Below, piece after piece: positions 43,806 through 55,425 of a DNA stretch of 64,000 nucleotides. Position 1 is the first letter of the stretch. The number at the start of each line of letters is the position of its first letter. The position numbers were made by a program, and so were the translations under genes. The stretch spans positions 1,674,001 to 1,738,000 of the forward strand of contig OZ037840.1 of assembly GCA_964035575.1 (NCBI GenBank), in the 5' to 3' direction. The stretch is from Rhynchopus sp. YZ270_cl-10 (lineage: Eukaryota). Under the pieces are notes generated by a model. The model was not told where the DNA came from. It saw nothing but the letters and a program-made list of their open reading frames with translations, and made no database searches.

Positions 43806-45584
43806 ATGCGATGGCTGGACGCAGCGCTGTCATTAGATGGGACGCTTGGGAAAAAGGGGTACCAACGGAGACGTATGTTCTTTTATTTTATGTTGTGCGC
43901 CGGCCTGTTCAACATTGTTTATGTGCTGATCCGCTTGGAGGAGCTGTCGACACAGCTCTTCCGCTTCTCGACGTCGGGGTTCTTTGCTATTGTTACCGTT
44001 GTCGGGATGGCTGTGATTTTCTGCCGTGTGTATCTCACGACTGCCGTCATTGTGGGCTGCGCATACCCGATGTACGCCGTCATCCTGTTTTGGGACCTTA
44101 ATGGGCGATCGCTGGCGTTCCCGCAGTGGCCGATGCTGGTCCTGATGATTGACTTTATGTTGGTCATGCAGGTTCCGCAACGGTACACAATAGCGTTGGT
44201 GTGCTTTACAGTGCTCTGGTTGTTGTTTGTCTCGTTGGAGGAGACGTTCCGGTTTGGGTTGTTAGACCTTTCGGTGTTGCGCCCGCAGGAAGGGACCTAC
44301 GGACGCAGGGAGTACTACCGGCAGCGGACCGACTGTGAGGTGCTCCCCTGCGCGGTGCCGTTCCCTCCTTCAGGGTTCATCCCGGCCCTCGCCGTCTTTC
44401 TGATCGATTTTCTTGCAACACGAGGCTTCGCACGCCAGGTCCTCGAAGAGCAAGCATCAATGGAGCGGACGATCAACGTTGTGCAGGAGATCGCCTCCCT
44501 CCTTGCGGGGTACGACGTGGAGAAGGTGGCGGAGTTGTTGGAGAAGCACGGTGGGGATCTTCCTCATGGGATGACCGTCGCGCTACGCACGTTAGAGGAC
44601 AACCTGAGGATGTACAAGGCGTACCTCCCGAAGACGTGTCTGCCGTTTGCCGAGGACGATGCCGACGCAGAGTTGCTTGCGTTTGACGTGACGTCAGAGT
44701 CCTATGATACGGGGTCCGTTGTGTCGCTGAAGGCCAGATCCACTGCGCCGTTGTGCCTATCTCTGGCGCACATCACCTTGCTTGTGGTCAACGTGAAGGA
44801 TACGTTCCATCTCCTCGAGGACTGTCCCCGCTTCTCCGACCTCTTCACGACCCTCCTGCAACGCACCCTGCAAGCTACCGAATCCCGCCGTGGCATGGTC
44901 GACGTCTTTATAGGGGACAGAATTCATTGCTCATTCAACGCCTCAAAACGCTGTGCCAACCATGCCACATCAGCCCTGCATGCTGCGACAGCGCTTCTCC
45001 ACACCTCCAGCGCACCACACATCAACATGGGAGTCGCAACTGGCGATGCAATGCGAGGTGACATGGGGTGTGAGGTGATGCGCCGCTTCAGCATGGTGGG
45101 TACGTTAGTACGCGATGTGGGTGCGCTGGAGCGGGCTGGACGGACCTTAGGATGCGATGTGCTGTGCAACAGAATCTGCTTTAGCGATGCGGAGTGCGAA
45201 CACCAGCTGCGTCTGATCCCACGCAAGGTTGACGTGACGGACGATGCGTCTGAGATAGTAGCAGAGCTGGTGATCCCCGAAGAGTCTTCACCCCGTGCAT
45301 TAGGTGGCAACTACGAATGGATGTACACCATTGGCGAAAAGCATCTCTGGGAGGACTACAACACCACAGTACGCCGATACCTCAGAGGTGAGGCCACAGC
45401 AGACGACGTAGAGGCTGCGGGGAACAGCACCGTGTCGCAACACACGGTATGCACCTCACTGCGTATGGTAACACCGCGAAGTCCCTCCACCTTCGTGGAA
45501 GAAATAGATAAGACACAATCCTCCGGTGCCCGCATCAACAACACGCCTTCCAGCGGTAAAGACGTAGACAATGGGGAAGAGTAA
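43806..45584 (+). CDS. 6-TM pseudo-cyclase paralog 6 (appears the most divergent at DNA level)
   Basis: 592 aa; same motifs with many synonymous differences from the other paralogs. Confidence 0.85.
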   Translation: MRWLDAALSLDGTLGKKGYQRRRMFFYFMLCAGLFNIVYVLIRLEELSTQLFRFSTSGFFAIVTVVGMAVIFCRVYLTTAVIVGCAYPMYAVILFWDLNGRSLAFPQWPMLVLMIDFMLVMQVPQRYTIALVCFTVLWLLFVSLEETFRFGLLDLSVLRPQEGTYGRREYYRQRTDCEVLPCAVPFPPSGFIPALAVFLIDFLATRGFARQVLEEQASMERTINVVQEIASLLAGYDVEKVAELLEKHGGDLPHGMTVALRTLEDNLRMYKAYLPKTCLPFAEDDADAELLAFDVTSESYDTGSVVSLKARSTAPLCLSLAHITLLVVNVKDTFHLLEDCPRFSDLFTTLLQRTLQATESRRGMVDVFIGDRIHCSFNASKRCANHATSALHAATALLHTSSAPHINMGVATGDAMRGDMGCEVMRRFSMVGTLVRDVGALERAGRTLGCDVLCNRICFSDAECEHQLRLIPRKVDVTDDASEIVAELVIPEESSPRALGGNYEWMYTIGEKHLWEDYNTTVRRYLRGEATADDVEAAGNSTVSQHTVCTSLRMVTPRSPSTFVEEIDKTQSSGARINNTPSSGKDVDNGEE

Positions 45585-48500
45585 AGAAGTTTTCAAAAGG
45601 GTTTTTACGTTGGTCTGCTTCAAAAAAATGGATGTATGACTTTGCGTGGTTGGGTGTCCACCCTCTGGTGCACCGAGTCATGTTTTCGGTTACGAGGTAC
45701 ACTGTATAGGGGGGCTTAGTAGTTTCAGGTCAAAAATAATAAAACCTACATTCTAGGAGACGAGCTTTTCTACCGACGTGATTTTCATTGTGTGTACGCA
45801 TTCCCAAAAAAAGCGACTTTGTGTACAGAACCCGTCCTCGGACAGGTGATTGTCGAAACTACAAAAAAGTTTTTCTTAGTTTAGTGTTCGCGGCCCTTTT
45901 CTAAGTGGTCCCGCCCTCCCCCCGGTTATTGCTTTTATGGGGGGGGGCATCAAGATGCTCCTTGGCTTTTTTGTCGTCTCAGAATGTTTCATAACGATAT
46001 TTTGTTTCAGAAAACACCGTAGGACATTTGTGTAAAGTGGTAGAGTATATTTGACAGTTTTTACTCGTGTGGGAACAGCTTTTACAAGCACCCACCGATT
46101 GCTTTTTTTTTCCCCACTTCTTTTTAATTGTTAACTGCTATCTCACTATATCGAGTGAAAGCATGGTGGACTCAGCAAAGGTCCAGCGAGCTAAAAATAT
46201 ATTTTTCAAGAAACTTCGTCTCCTTTTATTTTCAAAAATGTGACTGACCCGATCGGGAGGGGTTTTTGTTTTTAAAAGCAAGATTCCCAGAGAAGGGAAT
46301 CCTCAGCACCTGAGCCTGCGCATCCCGCCACAGTGCGGATACCTCGCCTTTCTCCCACCGCTCCAAGTCTTCGATATGCGCTTCTCCCGCATGCGTTTCT
46401 TCTTCGTCTTGCCACTTCGGCGAGTGCGGAGGAGCGTTTTCCACAGCATACTGAACCGGTTCCACGCGGATCGATCCTCAGCGTTGGCTGCGATGTCCTG
46501 ATAGTACCATCTGGTGGGAGCAGCCAAATAAATCTCCCGATGCCTTTTTGCGCTCCGTCTTCCTCTAGGCCCACGTTTCCCTCATCAATCTCAGCTTCTC
46601 CTCCCTTCCAATGGTGCTTGCGTATCTTGCAAGGTTCCAGCTTTGCGCACCATGGATTGTCCACGACCCGAAGAAGTTCGTTGTTGTGTAGTTGAGGGCA
46701 AAGGGGATTGAGACGCTCTGTGGAGGTGATTTTTTTACCTCATGGCAAAGTCTCGAATGTTAGAGGAGCCTTGCTCCGTCAGTATCCTTCCCATCTGGAG
46801 TCCCCTCCTTTTCCACGACAGAACAAAGCAAGGTACTGCTTCGTTCAACGTCCTGTCCGCACGCACATCCTCTTTCTTGTACGAGAGCAGATCGAACCAC
46901 GTCTGTCCTCTGGCAAGTTTCAGAGCGATGGCCGACGCGTCGACCTTCCACATCTCCGTCAAATTGTCATTCTTCATGTGGTTCTGATCTGCCGCGTTCT
47001 TCTTCCCCGCGTGGCGAGTGCCTTCAATATGGTCACACACATCTTTCACCTGGGCTTTTGGTGTCCATGCGTGGCAACATAGTACACACAATGATCTCTT
47101 GGTCGGGTGCCCAGCTCGCCTCGATTACCCGTCTGTTTTTTTATTTCCTTGGGCATTGAGGAAACCTTGGTACGTGATGGCATGATTTATGTTTCTACGG
47201 AATCTACCTTTCTTTTTATGTTTGGCATCCACCCGGGTGCACCGGTCCTGTGCAGCACACCCCACGGTACCTGCACCATAAACAGATATTCCATGATCCG
47301 GGTCTGCAGGAAATGCAAAGGGACGACATCCTCCCTTCACACCACTAACACAGCAATCTGCCTCCCACCACGCACATTATGGCATCAGCCCACCTACAGG
47401 AAGTGCAACCCCTTCTCTCTCATATCCCTATCCCTTACCCATTCCCTTGAAGTATGTCTGACCCTTCCAACGATGTGTCACTGGAGCATGAATATGCAAG
47501 TGCAAAGCGTACGTGGGCCATCTGTTTGCTCGGAATTTGACGATCATTACGAAGATCACTGACGCAACAAATAAGTTAGTACACTATGTTAGTTTGTCAT
47601 GTTCGTGAAATTGGTGGGGACACTGAGGATGCTGAGTTGGGTATGTATTGTGGAGACGATCGCGAAGCCAACATGTACTATGCCGTAATCCGCGAGCTCG
47701 AGAAGAAGCAGAGGGTATGGTCACTTTTTTATTTTTGAGACAACTGCCTTGCAAAGGTTGTAGGGGAGGAAATGAAAACGTATCTGAGTGTGCCCGAATT
47801 TTTGGTGGGAGCGACATAAACATGACACAAACTTATTCACAGAAAGGTTTTTGACTTGTCTCTACACACCACAAATATCCGGTGCGATCAATGAAAAGTT
47901 CTTTTTCTGATGTCGTATTTTACACACACTTACAGAGAGGTAATGAAGAAATATTGATTGCGCAAGACACAGTGCTGGCCCTGCTACGTGGAGGTCCTCA
48001 TCACCCACCGTTACGCACTCAGGAAGATATTGAAGCCTGCGAAAACCTTGTCACAGATTGGTTTCGTGAACAGGATAATCTTTGGCCCCTGCATGCTAAC
48101 TTAATCCTTTTCATACACGAAGGCTTTGTAAAAATAGTAAAAATAGTAAAAATAATAAAAACCCCGTTCGTCTTTTGTTTAGTTGGTACGCTACCCACGT
48201 CATACGCCCACGAGCTTGTCGAGCCATTAGTGATAATGTGCACAAAATAACATTATACAAATAGAAGGGAAAAGCGTGCGGGTACATCTTTGTTCTCGAG
48301 AGGGGGTAAAGATAAAAGCGAACAGCAAACGTCTGAAAATGTGTTGCCAAGACCGACGTTCTGAGTTCAAATGAATCCAATGTAAAGAGAAAGTGTGCCG
48401 TACGTTAGTTGCCACAGAGGAAGTAGGGGTGGAGTTCTACATCTACTGACGACGCCACGTCGCCATCATTGCAGGAGCATGGAGACACACACAAGCCCTT

Positions 48501-49238
48501 CCCTCACATCCCATTCCCTTTCCCTTCAAATCTCCGATGGTACTGATCCTGTTGACAACTGTCGTGCTGCAAGGCTGAGGTAGGCAGACTTGTAAGAGAA
48601 GGACGAGCGAACGAAGACCATCAAGGAGTGGACCACGACCTTAGTCGATGTACTACGTGATAGTGGAGGGAATGCACACCCAGCTTTGACGAGCCATGGT
48701 CCTCCACCAGAGTTTCCTCCCGCATCTCCTCTTACAGGCAATGTGCTTTACGTTTTTCTTGCTTTTTTTTGTAATCATTTTCATTCATTTTTCATTGTTT
48801 TTTGATTTTCCCACCCGACCCCTTAAGCCAGGCACTTCTTCCGAAGTGTCACCCCTACCCCTTTCTAAGTAAACAAAAGTAACCCTGTTCTTTGCATTTT
48901 CCTCTTCTCTCCCAAAATCCCTTTTCCCTATGTTGGTTTGTGGGCACCCTCTTTTTTGCGGAGATGTAATCTGCTTTGCAACCACTACGCGATGGCATGT
49001 ATTTGTATTTCAACTTTTCATGGGTGACTAAGCATAAGAAGCTTAGGATCATCTTATAAGCTTTTCTTTCTTTTTAGACATGTTTGGCATCTACCCGTGC
49101 GCCGGTCGTGCACCTCATGGTACCTGCACCACAAAATAATAACATCTACACCCTCGAACTTTTCTGCGCATATGATATCATTGAACGCATCCTCCGGACA
49201 CCACCACCACACAGCAATCTGCATTCGAACACAACACC

Positions 49239-50546
49239 ATGTCGCAGAAATACGTAGACAGCACACATCTGGGCTCACTTCTCCGCATGGCCATTGCTCA
49301 TGGACACGTACCTGCTGTCGCTGCTCTTCTTGAAGGTGGTGCGTCTCTTGCCTCTGTGAACAAGGAAGGCTGCACTGCACTGCACTATGTTGCCGTCTCC
49401 AAGAACAACCAAGTGGAGCTTGTGAACCTGCTCCTCAAGCACGGTGCAGCAATCGAAGCTGTCGACAGCATTGGGCGCACATCTCTCCACGTGGCCATTG
49501 TTCATGGCAACGTACCTGCTGTTGCTGCTCTTATTGAAGGTGGTGCCTCTGTGGACAGTACAGGCTTCACTGCACTGCACTATGTTGCCGTCTCCGATAA
49601 CAACCAAGTGGAGCTTGTGAACATGCTCCTCAATCGCGGTGCAGCAATCGAAGCTGTCGACAGCATTGGGCGCACATCTCTCCACGTGGCCATTGTTCAT
49701 GACAACGTACCTGCTGTTGCTGCTCTTATTGAAGGTGGTGCGTCTCTTGCCTCTGTGAACAGGGAAGGCTGCACTGCACTGCACTATGTTGCCTTAAACA
49801 AGAACAGGCACAACGTTGCAAAGATTCTCCTGAGGCACGGCGCCGATGTGGACTTACGTGCAGTGGACGGGAGAACCGTCCTCCACAGTGCTGTGCGGTC
49901 GGGCGACGCTGACCTCTGCAAGATGCTTGTGCAGCACGGTGTGTCTCTTGACGCTGTGGATGAGGACGGCCGCACCGCGCTGGCCACGTCGCTTTCTGTG
50001 GACCCTGCCGTGTGCCAGGTCATGATTGACGCAGGGGCACAGCTTGATGTGGCGGACCATGCGGGGTATTCGCCACTGCTCTTAGCCTGCAGAGGGGGGC
50101 AATCCGACTTTATGAAGATCCTTCTCGACGCGGGCGCGCAGCTGGGTATCGCAGGCAACGGGTTCACGGCCCTTATGCTGGCGGCAGACGGAGGGCATGT
50201 GGAGGCTGTGCGCCACCTCCTGGACTGTCAGGCAGTGGACGTGAACGAGCAAGGTGCGAACGGCTGCACCGCACTGCACCAAGCGGTGAAAAATGCACAT
50301 GCAGATGTAGTGAAGCTTCTCCTGCAGCACGGTGCGGACAAGGCCCTGCGCGACAACGACGGCGCCACTGCGTTCGACTGTGCCACCACACCTTCCCGCT
50401 CTTCAGGGTCTACCTGCATCGCATCGTCCTCATCACTGTTGAGTGCTTCAGGGCTGTTCTGTGCTGTTGGTGTAGGGTTGTTAGTGTTGTGGGCAGCAGC
50501 ATCATCACTGTCAGATGCTGTCCTGAGGGCTGTCGGCACCTACTAG
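49239..50546 (+). CDS. Ankyrin repeat protein with a C-terminal hydrophobic segment
   Basis: 435 aa; GCTALHYVA, GRTSLHVA, GYSPLLLA, GFTALMLA; tail GLFCAVGVGLLVLWAAA. Confidence 0.9.
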   Translation: MSQKYVDSTHLGSLLRMAIAHGHVPAVAALLEGGASLASVNKEGCTALHYVAVSKNNQVELVNLLLKHGAAIEAVDSIGRTSLHVAIVHGNVPAVAALIEGGASVDSTGFTALHYVAVSDNNQVELVNMLLNRGAAIEAVDSIGRTSLHVAIVHDNVPAVAALIEGGASLASVNREGCTALHYVALNKNRHNVAKILLRHGADVDLRAVDGRTVLHSAVRSGDADLCKMLVQHGVSLDAVDEDGRTALATSLSVDPAVCQVMIDAGAQLDVADHAGYSPLLLACRGGQSDFMKILLDAGAQLGIAGNGFTALMLAADGGHVEAVRHLLDCQAVDVNEQGANGCTALHQAVKNAHADVVKLLLQHGADKALRDNDGATAFDCATTPSRSSGSTCIASSSSLLSASGLFCAVGVGLLVLWAAASSLSDAVLRAVGTY

Positions 50547-51690
50547 AGACCTATGTTGATCGATTGTGTGTGTGCATTTGATGCCTGTGTCTGCGAAGGC
50601 TGTGCAACCCAAGACCCCGTCGTTCATTCAGCCTGCAGAATCTGTTGAAGAGATACCAGGCTACCGTGTTCATCCCCACTGCACTCCACTTCATGCAGGA
50701 ACATATTTCGTTTTTGTTTGCACTATCAACTTTATTCATCTCATAACATTTCGTTTCTTTTTTGAAACTTTTTCTTTTGAAAGTCAGACTAGAGTCCCGC
50801 AGCAACGGACCCTGCCACACCCTGGGAAAGGTGTGCTGTCTGTTCCCCATGTATGGCCATACCTTTAATGTAAAAGGTACGTGCTTCGTCTCTTCAACGT
50901 TTTTTTTACGGTACACTGTCACGAGAGAGGGCTGTGTATTTCAAGTTCTGTGTTTCTTTTCTCCACCTTTTCTCTTTGTCAGGCAAATACAGTTCGCAAC
51001 TGGCCTAATAATAATCGCAGGGCCATATTCGGCCGAAATTTTCCTCAAAAGTCTCCGCGGGTTTGTAATAATATTTACCCTTTACCACCCGCTACATTGA
51101 TTTCAATACTATACCTTACTTCACCTTCGGTTACCCTTACAGGGAAGGAAGGTTGTAGTAAAATTCTTTTAAAAAATCGTTTTCACCAACGCGTCTTTCT
51201 CGGATCTTTCTGTAGTGCAAAACTCTTTTTCAGTTAAAGTCTCCACAAAAAAAACAACAACAAAAAATTGGTTGCAAAACAAAAGACACAAAACCATCCC
51301 CTCATTTTCAATGTGTTCTTCTCCACCTTCTCCTCTTCCCCACCAGGTCGTTTGAGCACCATCCATTTTCGGGACAGGTTCATTCGGCAGGTGAGTTGTT
51401 ACACACTCATTATCGGATGCCGACTTCCATGGCCACCGTCCTGCTGTCTAGATGAACCTACACCCTTTGTGGGATCTGATGAGCGACCACTCGGGCACCT
51501 TAAGTCAGCTCTCGGTTCATTCCGTGTCTCCAGTCCTGCTCTTGTGTGTCAATGTCATGAAACACCACAAAATGCAAGCAAACGAAACCTTTCTGTCTTC
51601 TGTTCTTCCTTTCAAGAATAGATGCAGTTATGCACTCAGTTTTTACACACCCACTCCAGGCAAGAAAAAAGGCGGAAAATAGGATTTTTA

Positions 51691-53517
51691 ATGAGACTAA
51701 GGTTACCACGATGGCTCGACGCTGTGCTGTCCATTGACGGGACGCTGGACAATAAGGAGTGGCAGAAGCGGGGACTGTTCTTCGCCTTCAATGTGCTTGC
51801 TGTGTTCTTTGTGTCGATAAACACCGCTGTGTCTGTCGGTGTGTACGAGAGCCGCCCTGTCTCGCTTGTTGGGGGTGTGTGCTACTTCACAGCCGCCGCC
51901 ATAGGGCTGGGGAACGTTCTCATGAAGCGCCAGCTCACGACACGTGTCGTTGTGACAGTGGCGTGCATATACGTTGCAGCAATTCTTCTGGTAGACATCA
52001 CGTCACGCACACTTGGGATGACTGTCTGGGCCACTCTGGTGCTGGTTGTGGACCTGCTGTTGGTGATGCAGGTGCCACAGCGTTACACTGCGGGGATCGT
52101 GCTGTTGACGATTGTATGGCTGATAGTGATGTCGATGGAGGAAGGCTTCCGGTTCGGTGTGTTCGACCTGCCTGGGCTTGTGCCGCAAGAGGGTGAGAAT
52201 GGGAGAAAGGCGCATTTCAGTCACAACTGTGCTGAGCTTCCTTGTGCAAGCGACACAAGCCAGCAACTCATCCACTCGCTTGCTGTCTTCGTAACAGACT
52301 TCATCGTAACCCGACAATTTTCACGGGACATCCTGAAGGAGCAGACATCAATGAAGCGGACGATCAACGCTGTGCAGGAGATCGCCTCGCTGCTTGCGGG
52401 GTACGACGTGGAGCAGGTGGCGGAGCTGTTGGCAACACATGAACACGAGCTGCCTGAGGGGATGACGACGGCACTGCGGAGGTTGGAGCAGAACCTGCGT
52501 GTGTACAAGGCGTACCTCCCGCAGACGTGTCTGCCGTTTGAGAGACGGGCGACTGACGCTTTTTGCGTGGAGGAGGTGTCTTGTGAGTCTGTGTCGTTGC
52601 CGTCGTCTGTGTCATCTGGATGTGGAAGAAGAAAGACTGTGTTCCAGCAGACTTTGGACCTCTCATTCACAAAGGCAACACTGCTGATGCTGAACATCAA
52701 AGACACGTTGCACCGCTTGGAGGAGGACAGTGCACGCTTCTCCGACCTGTTCACAACTCTTCTTCTGAAGACGTTGCAGGCAACAGAAGTGCGTCGTGGG
52801 ATGGTGGACGTCTTTGTTGGGGACAGGATCCACTGCTCGTTCAACACGTCGAAATCATGTGCGTCACACGCAACCTCAGCACTGCACGCTGTCACATTGC
52901 TACTGCGTGGTGTTGACAACAACATTGCACCACATGTGAACATGGGTGTCGCAACTGGGAAGGTGCTGCGTGGTGACATGGGGTGTGCAGTGATGCGCCG
53001 CTTCAGCATGGTGGGTACGCTTGTGCGTGATGTGAACGTGTTGGAACGTGCTGGCCGTGTGTTGGGGTACAGTGCTCTTTGCAACCGCCTCTGCTTCAGT
53101 GATGCTGAGTGCGAACACGAACTGCGCCTGGTTCCTTGCAAGGTGGAAGTTGAGCTGTCCCGTGAGGAGGTTGTTGCTGAGTTGGTTGTGCCGAAGGAGG
53201 CAGTGGCACACAGACAAGAAGCAGAGTGGATGTATATGCTGGAAGGAAACAAGCAGTGGGAGGAGTACAACACAGCAGTCCTTGAGTACCTAAAGGGCGA
53301 AGTCTCTGCTTCCGCAGTGGCAGCAGCAGCAGCAGCGTGCAGCAAGGTTGATGGGGATAATGCCGACAATATTGCCCAGGACGTCTGGGGGGTCTCGGTC
53401 GACATTGCTCAGTTCTCGGAGGTGTGCGAAGTTTTACAGCTTCCTGTGCAGACGAGACGGATTGCGAGCATGAACACAAACTCTTCCGATGCTTGTGTGA
53501 ACTGTGAGACGATTTAA
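51691..53517 (+). CDS. 6-TM pseudo-cyclase paralog 7
   Basis: Family motifs present; start MRLRLPRWLDAVLSIDG inferred from paralogs (the ORF is open from 51622). Confidence 0.85.
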   Translation: MRLRLPRWLDAVLSIDGTLDNKEWQKRGLFFAFNVLAVFFVSINTAVSVGVYESRPVSLVGGVCYFTAAAIGLGNVLMKRQLTTRVVVTVACIYVAAILLVDITSRTLGMTVWATLVLVVDLLLVMQVPQRYTAGIVLLTIVWLIVMSMEEGFRFGVFDLPGLVPQEGENGRKAHFSHNCAELPCASDTSQQLIHSLAVFVTDFIVTRQFSRDILKEQTSMKRTINAVQEIASLLAGYDVEQVAELLATHEHELPEGMTTALRRLEQNLRVYKAYLPQTCLPFERRATDAFCVEEVSCESVSLPSSVSSGCGRRKTVFQQTLDLSFTKATLLMLNIKDTLHRLEEDSARFSDLFTTLLLKTLQATEVRRGMVDVFVGDRIHCSFNTSKSCASHATSALHAVTLLLRGVDNNIAPHVNMGVATGKVLRGDMGCAVMRRFSMVGTLVRDVNVLERAGRVLGYSALCNRLCFSDAECEHELRLVPCKVEVELSREEVVAELVVPKEAVAHRQEAEWMYMLEGNKQWEEYNTAVLEYLKGEVSASAVAAAAAACSKVDGDNADNIAQDVWGVSVDIAQFSEVCEVLQLPVQTRRIASMNTNSSDACVNCETI

Positions 53518-54181
53518 TTCTTGTTGTGCATAATGCAGTGGATACGGCGGCGCCCGAGTTAGTGAGGGTTGTGTATTTCAAGTTATGACACAATAATATC
53601 CATTCTTTTTGTCACGTAGAAATACGGTTTTGCGCAACTGGTCAAAAAATAATCACAGGGCCATATTCGGCCAAAATTTTCCTCAAAAGTCTGGTTTGTA
53701 ATAATATCTAAATTTCTCCCCCCCGGCGATTGAGCGTATCTAAGAACAACCAAAACAAAACAAAGTACAAGAAGAAAAAATGCAGGAAAAATATAGACAA
53801 AGAGAAAAACAAAGAGATTTTGACAAAGTGAACAATAAAACCCCCTTGCAGAATTTGGAGGAGTTTTGGTGCGCTGTATGTCGATATAGGTGGCGGTTTT
53901 CGAATCTTGTCTTTGGGAAACATCAAGTACAAAAACACAATATTACCGACCTTTTTTCCCCCTTCTCGATTTCTCTTTCCTCCCCCCTTCCACCCCCTCC
54001 ACAACACCTATGCCAACAGAGTATCTGAACACCTTCCTTCTGAAACTCCACTTTCAACGCAACTCCCAACTATATTTCACACCTTCACAATACCAACATT
54101 TTGGGGCACATCCTCCACAACTTAAATTCCAAAGCCCCTTCTCTTTTCCCTCCATTTCCAAAAAAAAACCAGTCTGACAAC

Positions 54182-54751
54182 ATGGCGCCTATCCCATACA
54201 GTGTGAATATTGTACAGATCCGACCTACCAGGGTCGCACCACGGTGGGAACCTTCCGTTGAGATTGTTGCACGGACGAAAACGGATCCCACTGAGTTGGC
54301 TCTGCCAGAGCAGAGGAGGAAGAACACCACCACCACAGCCACCACCACCACCACCACACCCCAGGATCCATCTCCCGAGGCAGCAGCGGAGGGGATATCT
54401 AGTGTGCCATCGGGTGTTGCAAGGAAGGCTGCGCGAAGTGACAGCATCCGACTGTTGCGTAAGGAGCTTAGAAGAGAGCGGCGGGAAAGGACACTCGCGG
54501 AGGAGCAGCTGGCGGTGCTGAAGCGCAAAAAGGACGTCGCGTTGGCAAAGCTCTCGCCGATGGAGCTCTGCCAGCTCGCCCCGATGCGGGTCACGCAGGA
54601 CCCCCGCATTGCGATGAACGGCCAGTACCTCCCGTACCTCATAAACTGCCCGACCTTCGAGTTTTCTTCCTCGGGAAAGCGCTTTTACAAGCACACCCTA
54701 GAGTCCGAGGGGCTCATCTTCCCTACCTCGGCGCCGTCAACACCGAGATGA
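54182..54751 (+). CDS. Hypothetical protein (~189 aa) with a poly-Thr tract and a charged helix
   Basis: GC-rich ORF on the coding strand, preceded by the A/C-rich leader seen before other genes; no recognisable domain. Confidence 0.6.
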   Translation: MAPIPYSVNIVQIRPTRVAPRWEPSVEIVARTKTDPTELALPEQRRKNTTTTATTTTTTPQDPSPEAAAEGISSVPSGVARKAARSDSIRLLRKELRRERRERTLAEEQLAVLKRKKDVALAKLSPMELCQLAPMRVTQDPRIAMNGQYLPYLINCPTFEFSSSGKRFYKHTLESEGLIFPTSAPSTPR

Positions 54752-55425
54752 GGGGGGTGGGGTAGGGGGGATGGGCAGGTGCATGAGGGGTAATTATTTT
54801 TTGTGGGAAATGCGTTTCCCCCCCCCCAGTAGGGTGATACTGTATAGGATGTCAAGGGTAAATTGTCATATTTTTTTGAGATTTCCATCTCAAGAAAGGG
54901 TGTTGTGGATTCCCCTAAAGAAACGAGGCCAATGCACACAAAATGGTGCATTGAAATGATTCGCAAAAAGGTGGGGTCCAGCCCACGACCTGATGAGATG
55001 ATATTTGCTTTGTTCCCTGTATCTCTCTCTCTCTCTTTCTCCCTTTCTTTTAAAGTCACTAGTGAAGTAGCTTTGCTACGTCTAGGGAGATCTAGGGATC
55101 TATCAGAATCTTGAAAGAGCTTGAAACCGATTGTTATTTTATTACTTTTTGCCACTTAGGGAAGGCCCATTATTCCCTAATACTCAAGTAAGGTTGTAAG
55201 GGGAATTGAGAACATAAACACAACATCAAGCAGAATTTCCACAATTTTTTGGTTTTCGCGTTTCCCCGATCTTGCACATACACACACACAGCCAGTACGC
55301 AACACACTTCACGTTGCAAGGGCATTAGCAGGAGTGTCGAGCGACTTGACTGATCAACGTGTCCTGTGCTTGATTCTTTTTCTTACCCCAAAACACCTTG
55401 CACAAAACAGAGAGACACAAAAACT

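Noticed and set aside
52221..53405. Long minus-strand ORFs (also 24879..26306, 28270..29211, 56928..57926)
   Set aside because: Antisense shadows of well-supported + strand genes, with no recognisable motifs.
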